Part shown: positions 20,372 through 28,566 of the stretch, one piece after another
How positions within the stretch are numbered: position 1 is the first letter of the stretch
How the letters are laid out: every line of letters begins with the position of its first letter
Source: an uncultured Anaerolineales bacterium
GTDB lineage: Bacteria > Chloroflexota > Anaerolineae > B4-G1
Assembly: GCA_964528475.1 (NCBI GenBank)
Contig: CAZGSX010000003.1
Span: 1,681-65,680 of the forward strand
Direction: 5' to 3'
DNA length: 64,000 nucleotides
Program-made: the position numbers and the translations under genes
The notes under the pieces: generated by a model
Told to the model about the DNA's origin: nothing
The model's database searches: none
What the model saw: only the letters and a program-made list of their open reading frames with translations

Positions 20372-20410
20372 CAGCATTGCGTGAAGATTTGATGAAGGTC
20401 GGATGAAGAT
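20372..20410 (+). promoter_or_regulatory. Array of four direct hexamer repeats at exact 11-bp periodicity: putative OmpR-family response-regulator binding site upstream of the TCS operon
   Basis: TGAAGA(20372) N5 TGAAGG(20383) N5 TGAAGA(20394) N5 TGTGAT(20405). Adjacent to a minus-strand extended -10 TGGTATCCT (reverse complement of 20355-20363). Confidence 0.6.
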
Positions 20411-20843
20411 CCGATGTGATTCAGCAGATCCAGGCGGTGAGGTGCAGCGGATGTACGTCGTCGAAAGGAAGCATCGAGTGCACGCAAGGCACCATCTGGA
20501 GGCCACCGTGGAGAAGAGTGCGACTCCAACGCCCACATCACCCTCTGGCGCAAGGTTGACGTCGGATGCGGACTTTCGCGCGGACATGGCTGATGGGCCC
20601 CACTCCCTAACGTCACGACTGAGGCAGGTGCAGCACTTGATGGTGTGTGCATACCCTGCACTAAAGATCAGATTCGGATGCAGATTGAGAATCGTGGGTG
20701 GTCCGGCTGCAGGGTCACAAATAGAGGACGGTACGCGCGCTAACAACAGCTACGAGAGGGGGCGACTGGGATAGACCAAGTCATAGAATCGATGGATGTT
20801 ATTGAATGGCGTTGCGGATGATCTACAAAGCCTAGGCAAATAC

Positions 20844-20872
20844 TTGACAAACTGCCCGTTGTGTGTTATAAT
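20844..20872 (+). promoter_or_regulatory. Consensus sigma-70 promoter TTGACA-17-TATAAT upstream of fasciclin gene
   Basis: TTGACA 20844-20849, 17-bp spacer, TATAAT 20867-20872. About 150-nt 5' UTR before ATG 21024. Confidence 0.7.
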
Positions 20873-21023
20873 GTTGATAGTAAGAGTTCAGATTGAGGTT
20901 CAAAGAAGCAAGAGCTCAGATACGGGGAACGATGTGACAGCCGGGGACAGGAGGACACCAGACCCTCCCGCGGTTCAGACAAAGATCATCTGGTGATCAC
21001 ATAAAGACAGGAGAGTAGACATC

Positions 21024-21989
21024 ATGTTGAAGGCAAGAGTTGGCTTATTACTGGCGGTCGCAATGTTGGTCGCCGCGGTACCCGTGGCGTCCGCTGCTGG
21101 ACATCAGACGATCGTCGATATCGCCGTGCAGGATGGCCGATTCGAGACGTTGGTCGCTGCTGTGACGGCTGCGGATCTGGGCGGCGCTCTGTCCGGTGGG
21201 GAATGGACGGTTTTCGCTCCGACCGATGAGGCTTTCGCGAAGCTCGGGTTGAGCCCCAGCAACGTCGCGACTGCGTTTAGCAAGGACGAGCTGACGGATA
21301 TCCTGCTATACCACGTGCTCGAGGGGGAAGTCTATTCAGATAAGGCACTGGCCCTACAGGGTGACGTCACGATGGCCAACGGTCAGCGGGCTGGCCTCAA
21401 GAGCTTCCAGGGCGACATCTACGTCAACGATGACTCCAAGGTCATTATTGCGGACATCCCCGCCTCCAATGGCGTGATTCACGTAGTGGACACAGTGATT
21501 CTGGGACCATGGCCCAGGACAGGCGAGGAGTCGGATGCACCAGTGTCGGCTCCGGCAACGGGCGACACCATCGTCGACATAGCAGCAAGTGATGGGCGGT
21601 TCAGCACGTTGGTGGCAGCGGTAACAGCCACTGGCCTGGCAGACGCGCTATCCGGCGGGGAATGGACGGTGTTCGCTCCCACCGATGAGGCCTTCGCGAA
21701 GTTGGATTTGAATGCTGGCAACATCGCGCAGGCATTCAGCAAGGACGAGTTGACCGATATCCTGCTTTATCACGCCCTCCCGGTGGAGGTGTTCTCGGAT
21801 AAGGCCCTGACCCTCGTGGGCGACGTGACCATGGCTAACGGTCAGCGCGCCGGCCTGAAGAGCTTCCAGGGCGACATCTATGTCAACGATGACTCGAAGG
21901 TGATCATCCCCGACATCAACGCATCCAACGGGGTGATTCACGTCGTCGATACCGTGATTCTGCCGCCGTGGCCGCGGACCGATAAGTAA
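21024..21989 (+). CDS. Secreted protein with two tandem fasciclin (FAS1) domains
   Basis: Signal peptide. Two ~155-aa repeats each with FAS1 motifs (TLVAAVTAA..LGGALSGGEWTVFAPTDEAFAKL, DILLYHVL, SNGVIHVVDTVIL). The repeats are also about 85% identical at DNA level (21096-21560 vs 21561-21985). Confidence 0.85.
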   Translation: MLKARVGLLLAVAMLVAAVPVASAAGHQTIVDIAVQDGRFETLVAAVTAADLGGALSGGEWTVFAPTDEAFAKLGLSPSNVATAFSKDELTDILLYHVLEGEVYSDKALALQGDVTMANGQRAGLKSFQGDIYVNDDSKVIIADIPASNGVIHVVDTVILGPWPRTGEESDAPVSAPATGDTIVDIAASDGRFSTLVAAVTATGLADALSGGEWTVFAPTDEAFAKLDLNAGNIAQAFSKDELTDILLYHALPVEVFSDKALTLVGDVTMANGQRAGLKSFQGDIYVNDDSKVIIPDINASNGVIHVVDTVILPPWPRTDK

Positions 21990-22023
21990 CGCTCTCTGTC
22001 TGACAGGGGCTACGGGCAGGTTT

Positions 22024-22059
22024 GCAGCGACGGAGGCCATCGAATGGCCTCCGTCGCTG
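22024..22059 (+). terminator. Rho-independent terminator for fasciclin gene
   Basis: Perfect 16-bp inverted repeat GCAGCGACGGAGGCCAT-CGA-ATGGCCTCCGTCGCTG followed by TCTTATTTCC. Confidence 0.75.
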
Positions 22060-22546
22060 TCTTATTTCCTCTCGCACCATTGACCACCACTGTAGGGGCA
22101 CAATGCCCTATGTCTCCCCGCCAGCAGCCCCCCCAATCGGAGAACGCCAAGCCGCTTCGGCGAACTCCCAGGTCAGCTTCCAGGCATCTGCGTTGTCTCA
22201 ACCTCTCATGGGCTGCTGCGCGCTGCCTTCCCGGTGCTCCGCCGTCATGGAGAATTGTTAGGGCATGTATTAACAGGGACTCGAGCCTCAAAGCGGCTCA
22301 AGACCGGGTCAGGCGACGGGGGAAGGAAGCGGGAACTCGCATGTAGATTTGCCGATCATCAGCCGCAGAATGCCAAGACGTGCGTGCTCCGGAAGGCTTC
22401 AAGAGCGGTAAAAGACGAGAGGGGGAGTGTGGTCCACCCCCCCCGCCGGCACTACCTAGATGGCAGGACGGCAGTCCTGATCAACATCCGTCACGGCCAT
22501 CTACCGTCGTCCTGCATCTGGTTCTCAATACTGACACCATCTGGGA

Positions 22547-23368
22547 CTAGCGGCCCATGCCTCGACCACGCGGGCCCTGCTGTGGTCGGGGGCGTCCCCC
22601 GCGTCCAAAGCCCTTCGCACCGGGCATGAAGCCCCGGTCCAATCCTTCCTTCATCCACTCGGCCCGGTCCTCTGACAGACGTCCCTCCTCGATCGCCTGC
22701 CTCCTGGCCTCGCTCTGAGCCGCCTCCAGGGCGTCCCGCACTGCCTCCAAGTCGACTTCTCCAGCCTCAGCAAGCTCCTCCACGCTCTTCCCACCGTGGA
22801 GTTCCTTGAAGAGCTCGACGGGCTCCATTCCCAGCGCATCGGCCACCGCATCGAATAGCCCCGTCCAGCCATCACCAAACCGACCGAGAAGACGACCTCC
22901 GAAACGCTTAGTGCCAACTATCCGCGGCTCGCAGGACCGGTTGAGCTGGTCAGCAATGCGCTGTTCTAGCTGCTCCAGCATCTCCTCTCTCTGTGCCTCG
23001 GTCAGCCGACCTGCCTGCACCGCGTCGTCCAGCCGGACCGCGTGCTCCGCCAGAGCGCTCTCAAGCAGCTCCTGGGGATCAGCGCCCTCGGCCTTGGCGA
23101 TCTCGACGAATGTGTGGCCGTCTTCGAGGGCGGCCATGACCTCCTCCTCGCTCAGCCCTGTGAGATCGGCGGTCACGCTCGCCAGGCCCTGAAAGGGCAG
23201 CGGATCGGCAAAGCGACCTCCGCCAGGGAACGGTCCCCTGCGCATAGTCTGCCAGTCACCAAACGGCGGCTGAGGGCCCCGGGCATAGGCCACGCCCACG
23301 CCCATCAGCAACGCCAAGGTACCTGCAACAATGCCCAGTACGACGTAGCGTCTCCTACCCTGAAACAT
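22547..23368 (-). CDS. Exported hypothetical protein, possible CpxP/Spy/ZraP-like (LTXXQ-motif) periplasmic stress protein with Gly/Arg-rich tail
   Basis: N-terminal TM/signal (VVLGIVAGTLALLMGVGVAYA). LTEAQREEMLEQLEQ (LTXXQ-like). Helical Glu/Ala-rich repeats. GAGGAGG RBS. Promoter carries the same 11-bp repeat array as the TCS operon. Confidence 0.5.
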   Translation of the reverse strand: MFQGRRRYVVLGIVAGTLALLMGVGVAYARGPQPPFGDWQTMRRGPFPGGGRFADPLPFQGLASVTADLTGLSEEEVMAALEDGHTFVEIAKAEGADPQELLESALAEHAVRLDDAVQAGRLTEAQREEMLEQLEQRIADQLNRSCEPRIVGTKRFGGRLLGRFGDGWTGLFDAVADALGMEPVELFKELHGGKSVEELAEAGEVDLEAVRDALEAAQSEARRQAIEEGRLSEDRAEWMKEGLDRGFMPGAKGFGRGGRPRPQQGPRGRGMGR

Positions 23369-23430
23369 ATCGCACCTCCTCGTAGACGTAATCGTAGCCT
23401 AAACGCTCCTAGTATGATACCACAATAATA

Positions 23431-23469
23431 TGAAGATCTGATGAAGAAACAGTGCAGAATCGATGCAGG
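23431..23469 (+). promoter_or_regulatory. Second array of four hexamer direct repeats at 11-bp periodicity at the promoter of 22547-23368 (minus strand)
   Basis: TGAAGA(23431) N5 TGAAGA(23442) N5 TGCAGA(23453) N5 TGCAGG(23464). Minus-strand extended -10 TGGTATCAT (reverse complement of 23413-23421) about 9 bp away, so the repeats occupy the -35 to -75 region. Confidence 0.6.
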
Positions 23470-23473
23470 TCGC

Positions 23474-23665
23474 TTAGCTCTGCGTCAATTCGCCTCGCCA
23501 TGACTCAGGGAGCCGCAGCCAGTATCCGCCGTAGCCTCCGATGTAGAAGCGCAGCTTCGTGGCATCCGGTTCCTGACGCCGCAACAGATCGCGCGAGACG
23601 CACACCGTCAGGCCATCCACGGTCTCAAAGCTTACATAGGCGTCTGGATTGTCGGGCGCGGCCAT
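23474..23665 (-). CDS. Small hypothetical protein (63 aa), uncertain
   Basis: ORF only; lies between the CDF gene and the repeat array; no recognisable motif. Confidence 0.25.
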   Translation of the reverse strand: MAAPDNPDAYVSFETVDGLTVCVSRDLLRRQEPDATKLRFYIGGYGGYWLRLPESWRGELTQS

Positions 23666-23780
23666 CCGACCGGATGGTCCCTTGAAAAACGTTCATCACC
23701 CCATACACACCCACGTCCAGCGGATGCTCAGGATCCCGCCCCGCTTGCGGATGTATGCACGGGCAAAGGTGGATGGTATG

Positions 23781-24713
23781 TCAGCCGTTCTCTGATTCAT
23801 GGTTGTTCCCCTGATACGGACAGATGATCGTTCCGCCAGCACAACTCTGACACTCGACCTGGATGGTGGTATGCTCGATCCCGAACTGTTCAGCGAGCGC
23901 CGCCTCCAGGCGCTCCAAGATGCTTTGAGCTTCACTGATCGACTGGTCATCAAACACTACATGAGCGCTGAGCGCGATGTATCCGGGGCTTACCGTCCAG
24001 ACGTGCAGATCGTGGACCTGGGAGACGCCGGGGACGTCATTCATGGCCTCTGCCACCTGCGTTGCTGTCAAGCCCTGTGGCACACCTTCGATGAGGATGT
24101 GAAGTGCCTTGCGAAGTACGTTCCCAGCACCCACCAGGATAATGACAGCGATGACCAAACTGATCAGCGGATCGACAATTGTCCACCCGGTCAATACGAT
24201 GATCACGCCCGCGACGATGACGCCGATCGACGCCAGCGTGTCGCCGAGGACGTGCAAGAAGGCACTGCGGACGTTGAGATCCTCATGGTCGTGTCCACGC
24301 AAGACGAACGCCACCACGAGGTTCACGATCAAGCCGATGACGGCCACGACAAGCATCGGGCCAGCTAGGATGGGTTGGGGGTTCGAAAAACGTCCGATTG
24401 CCTCACGGACTATCTCGAACACCACCAACATCAGCGTCGTACCATTCACCAGGGCTGCCAGCACCCGCAGACGATGATACCCGTACGTGTGGCGGTCATC
24501 GGGTGGGAGCGACGTGAGGCGAATGGCAACGTAGCTCAAACCGAGAGCAAATGCGTCCAAGAAGACGTGAGCGGCATCTGATAGAAGCGCCAAGCTTCCG
24601 GTGACCAGCCCGCCCACCAATTCGGCGAAGAAGATCAGCCCGGTCAACGCCAGGGAGACGATGAAGCGCCTCTCTATCCCGCCGGACCCAACATGACCAT
24701 GGCTGTGACTCAT
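23781..24713 (-). CDS. Cation diffusion facilitator (CDF) family divalent metal exporter (CzcD/ZitB-like)
   Basis: His-rich N-terminus MSHSHGHVGSGG. Six TM helices with HxxxD motifs (LLSDAAHVFLDAF; FLHVLGDTLASIG). C-terminal cytoplasmic domain with Cys/His cluster. Confidence 0.9.
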   Translation of the reverse strand: MSHSHGHVGSGGIERRFIVSLALTGLIFFAELVGGLVTGSLALLSDAAHVFLDAFALGLSYVAIRLTSLPPDDRHTYGYHRLRVLAALVNGTTLMLVVFEIVREAIGRFSNPQPILAGPMLVVAVIGLIVNLVVAFVLRGHDHEDLNVRSAFLHVLGDTLASIGVIVAGVIIVLTGWTIVDPLISLVIAVIILVGAGNVLRKALHILIEGVPQGLTATQVAEAMNDVPGVSQVHDLHVWTVSPGYIALSAHVVFDDQSISEAQSILERLEAALAEQFGIEHTTIQVECQSCAGGTIICPYQGNNHESENG

Positions 24714-24941
24714 CGACCAGATCTCCGATGGGCCATTCCACCCTGTTTAACATTCATCTTGATGCATATCGTACCTCCAGACAGGGCGGCTGTCAAGAGA
24801 TGCATCCGGCGCAACACCGTTCGCTCGTACTCCGGGTCGCGCTGGCGAGCGGCACCCAGTCCAGCGGGGTGGGGTGAGACATTAGGCCCAAGACCTCCCC
24901 TCCGCCCAAGCGCCAGCCGGCTGAGAGTCGGCTGCGCCGCT

Positions 24942-25469
24942 CTAACCACCCTGGTCTTCCCTCTGTCGGTACGACCTCGCGCGGCTGACGTAGTGAGCGG
25001 CGCCATGCCGGAGGCGCTCAAGCTCCTCGTCGGTAAGCTCGCGAGCCACCCTGGCCGGCATCCCCAGAGCCAGATGACGGGGTGGAATGGCCTGATCCTC
25101 GGTCACCACCGCACCGGCACCGACCATCGCCTCACTGCCCACACTGGCGCCATTCAGCACGATGGCCCCGATGCCGATGAGTGCCCCGTCAGCCACAGTG
25201 GCCCCGTGTACCACTACGTGATGACCAACCGTAACGCCGGCACCCAGGCTGCACGGCAGGCCATCGTCGGTGTGAATCACCGACAGATCCTGCACATTGG
25301 TGCGGGGCCCGATCACGATTGGCGCGTTGTCGCCCCGGAGGACACAGCCGAACCAGATGCTAGACAGGGCACCGATTTCCACGTTTCCCACAACGGTAGC
25401 ATTTGGCGCGACAAACGCGCTGTCGGCAATCAGCTCCGGATGATCGATCATTAGTAGCCCTTCCCACAA
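24942..25469 (-). CDS. Gamma-class carbonic anhydrase / hexapeptide-repeat (LbH) family protein
   Basis: Left-handed beta-helix hexapeptide repeats (VGNVEIGALSSIWFGCVLRGD, VIHTDDG..., VGHHVVVHGATVADGALIGIGAIVLNGASVG). Likely start MIDHPEL. Confidence 0.85.
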   Translation of the reverse strand: MWEGLLMIDHPELIADSAFVAPNATVVGNVEIGALSSIWFGCVLRGDNAPIVIGPRTNVQDLSVIHTDDGLPCSLGAGVTVGHHVVVHGATVADGALIGIGAIVLNGASVGSEAMVGAGAVVTEDQAIPPRHLALGMPARVARELTDEELERLRHGAAHYVSRARSYRQREDQGG

Positions 25470-26392
25470 GGAATGCAGATCGCCGCACGAACCTGGCCCG
25501 CCACCCCCTCAACTGACGAGATCTGGAGCAGACAGTCACTGTACGTCTCTCCTGAGATGACGCCATATGGCGCTGACCAGTATGAGGCCCGTCTTTATTG
25601 TACCACAGTCAGCGCTACACCCCAGTGCCCGCCAAGGCGAAACGTGGGAAGCGCGCGGACGGCAGGAGTCAATACAGGCTTTCACCTCATTTCACCCGGA
25701 AGGGCCGTCTCCGAGACAAAGTCTGTCTGGACGAACGGCAAATCATCCCGAGGATCCTTGCCGAGGCCAGATCTCGGAATGCCCGCCAGCTTCGACGGAG
25801 AGAGCGCGATGGTGCCCAGATGGCATTCATCGATGCCTCTGGTGCGGCCTCCCAGGTGTTGGACCAACCGAACGGAGCGGGCTGGCGCCACGGCCTGCTT
25901 CCGGTACAATCCCCGTCATTGAATGAAGTACGTGGTTCGAGGTGTGCGAAGAGAAGCGACCGCCAGACAAGCGGAGCTGAGAGCCCTTCCGGGTTTCGTT
26001 CTCATCGACACCGACAAGACCGCAGTTTGGGTTGAAGGGCCCGGAGCGGAGGTGACCACCTCTGGGGTAGGTCTCATGTCCGATTTCACGATTATAAAGA
26101 TGCCCCTCGGGCACGAGTACTGCCGTCAAATGGGCACGTCGCGGCATAACCCAGTCCCGCCGCGACAGGGGTTGGGAATTCCAAGATGCCTCGATGGCGC
26201 CCTCTCGGTAACTTTCGTGGCGTCCTCCTTGCCCGGCGCGCTGACGGGGGAGGCTCCTCGATTCCATATCGCTGGCCTCTGCTTCAATCCGGAAGCATCG
26301 CCCACGAGTACAAGAGGTGGGGTTCTGCCGATACGCGTCGTCGCGGACACGCCATGAGACTGCAACTGGGCCGCTAGGTAAGGAACACGACT

Positions 26393-28501
26393 ATGCGCCA
26401 GATGGAACACGTGGCATTGGATAGGATCTTCTATCCGGAAAGCATTGCGGTCATCGGTGTGTCCGAGAGACCGGACAACTTGGCGGCCAACATCGTGCAC
26501 AACTTGCTCGCCTTCGAGTATCAGGGTGACGTCCACGCCGTGGGGCTCAAAACCGGTGAGGTGCATGGGGTCCCCATTCTCAACTCGGTCGAAGCCCTCC
26601 CTGACAACGTGGACCTGGCAGTAATCCTCACGCCGGCAACCGCCGTTCCTGGCCTACTCCGAGCCTGCGGAAAGAAAGGGATTAAGAGGGCGATCATTGA
26701 GTCCGGCGGTTTCACGGAGCGCTCAGACGCAGGGCATCTCCTTGAGCAGGAGGTGGTCGCGGCAGCCCACGCCTGGGACATACGCTTCATGGGACCAAAC
26801 TGCATCAGCGTCATCAATCTGGAGAACGGGCTCTGCCTGCCCTTCGTCCGGCTGGATCCGAAAGCGATCAGACGAGGACGCGTCTCGGTAGTGGCCCAGA
26901 GTGGCGGCATCTCGATCACCTATCTGATCCTGCTTAGCGAAGCCGGCCTGGGCGCCAACAAGATTGTGAGCATGGGGAATAAGACCGATCTGGACGAAGT
27001 CGACTACCTGGCCTATCTGCTGAATGACCCGACCACAGAAAGCTTGTGCCTCTATCTGGAGAGCATGGAGCGAGGGCGGCAGCTGCTCGAAATAGCGGCG
27101 GCCTCATCCAAGCCCATCATCGTGCAGAAGGCCAACCGCGGCCGCGCCAGCCGCCAGATTGCCTTTTCCCACACGGCGGCACTGACCAGCGATGATGTCA
27201 TCGTCGATGCCGCGCTACGGCAGGCCGGTGTCGCCCGTGCGCTCAGCTTCGATGACGCGGTGGCGCTAGCCCAGGCATGCACCCTCCCTGCGGTGAGAGG
27301 CGAGGATCTGCTGATCATCTCCCGATCAGGAGGGCATGCGGTGGTCGCTGCCGATGCAGCAGAGGCCCAGGGCTTCCATCTGGCGCCAATCCCGGAGAGC
27401 TTCGCCAGCGAGGCACGAGGCCTGTTCCGCGCGGATGTGATTGCGCCCACCAATCCACTCGATCTGGGCGCAATCTTCGATTTCGACCTCTATGCCCATA
27501 TCGTGGAGCGGGGGCTGCAAGCCCTGGATCCCGATGTACTGCTCCTGATCCATACATATAGCTCGGGACCCGAGGCGACCATGTCTCTGCACATGGTTCG
27601 GCGTCTGGAAGCATTGAGCCGGGGCCTGGAGACCCCGCTGGCCCTCTGTGCGTTCGCGCAGCGTGCAGACGTAGAGGCGCTCAGCCTCGAGACGGAACTA
27701 CCCGTCTTCACGAAGATCGAGTCTGCGGTGCGGGCGCTAGCGGCGTCGCGTGAGCGACACACTCGAACCGTCGGGCTCCTTCCCCTGCCTTCGACACCCC
27801 CTCAGAGATCTGACGAGGTGGAGGCCATCGTCGCCCAGGCAGGGACCCTGACCGCGGATCGAGCCCTCCATCTGTGTGCAGCCTTCGACGTCCCGGTGGA
27901 GACCTGGGCCGTCGTAGAGGACCAGGAAAGCGCCGTCAGCGCGGCCGCCAAGTTGGGATATCCCGTTGCCCTTAAGGGCCTCTCGTCCCGCGTTTCGCAC
28001 AAGTCCGACGCCGGGCTCGTCGTGCTGGACATTGCCGATCCCGAACGGCTTCGCCACGCCTTTGAGGAGATCGTTGAAGGGTTGAGCAAGGCTGACCACG
28101 ACGAACCGTGCAGACGGGTGATGGTACAGCCTATGGTATTCGGAGGGCGAGAGGTCATCATCGGCGGGAAGCGCGACCCCAACTTCGGCCCGGTGGTGAT
28201 GTTTGGCCTTGGTGGTGTGTATGTGGAGGTTCTGAGGGACGTCGTTTTCCGCCTGGCCCCGCTCTCTCGTGATGAGGCCTGGCGCATGTTGGATGAGATA
28301 CGCGGTCGTCAGCTCCTACATGGTGTTCGAGGCGCAGGGGGAGTAGACCGGGAGGCCATCGTCGACGCACTCCTGTGTTTATCGGATCTCATGGTCGCCT
28401 GCCCGGAAATCGCGGAGCTCGACATCAACCCGCTCCTCGTTCTCGAGCAGGGCGCTGCGGCAATAGATGCACGGGCGGTCGTCAGAAGCCAAACAGCTTG
28501 A
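26393..28501 (+). CDS. Acetyl-CoA synthetase (ADP-forming) / acetate--CoA ligase family protein (second paralog)
   Basis: CoA-binding domain (IAVIGVSERPDNLAANIV...). ATP-grasp C-terminus (GYPVALKGLSSRVSHKSDAGLVVLD...MFGLGGVYVEVLRDVVFRLAPL). Collinear homology to 7424-9541. Confidence 0.85.
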   Translation: MRQMEHVALDRIFYPESIAVIGVSERPDNLAANIVHNLLAFEYQGDVHAVGLKTGEVHGVPILNSVEALPDNVDLAVILTPATAVPGLLRACGKKGIKRAIIESGGFTERSDAGHLLEQEVVAAAHAWDIRFMGPNCISVINLENGLCLPFVRLDPKAIRRGRVSVVAQSGGISITYLILLSEAGLGANKIVSMGNKTDLDEVDYLAYLLNDPTTESLCLYLESMERGRQLLEIAAASSKPIIVQKANRGRASRQIAFSHTAALTSDDVIVDAALRQAGVARALSFDDAVALAQACTLPAVRGEDLLIISRSGGHAVVAADAAEAQGFHLAPIPESFASEARGLFRADVIAPTNPLDLGAIFDFDLYAHIVERGLQALDPDVLLLIHTYSSGPEATMSLHMVRRLEALSRGLETPLALCAFAQRADVEALSLETELPVFTKIESAVRALAASRERHTRTVGLLPLPSTPPQRSDEVEAIVAQAGTLTADRALHLCAAFDVPVETWAVVEDQESAVSAAAKLGYPVALKGLSSRVSHKSDAGLVVLDIADPERLRHAFEEIVEGLSKADHDEPCRRVMVQPMVFGGREVIIGGKRDPNFGPVVMFGLGGVYVEVLRDVVFRLAPLSRDEAWRMLDEIRGRQLLHGVRGAGGVDREAIVDALLCLSDLMVACPEIAELDINPLLVLEQGAAAIDARAVVRSQTA

Positions 28502-28526
28502 CGAAACCATGCTTTTCCGCTACAAT
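28498..28526 (+). promoter_or_regulatory. Putative promoter TTGACG-17-TACAAT for ffh
   Basis: TTGACG 28498-28503, 17-bp spacer, TACAAT 28521-28526; ffh ATG at 28567. Confidence 0.5.
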
Positions 28527-28566
28527 CGTTTCGCATTTTGGCGAAGCAGTATAGCTCACTGTAACC

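Noticed and set aside
22006-22060. Possible tmRNA 5' end (GGGGCUACGGG...GCGACGG)
   Set aside because: No tRNA-like 3' end (GGTTCnAnTCC...CCA) or tag-peptide reading frame anywhere in 22060-22546. The sequence is better explained as the fasciclin gene terminator hairpin.
25923-26357. 144-aa ORF (MKYVVRGVRRE...) in the 0.9-kb gap
   Set aside because: Rare AGA/ATA codons, Arg/Pro/Gly-rich, no ribosome-binding site, no recognisable fold. Treated as non-coding, though it is the least implausible ORF in that region.
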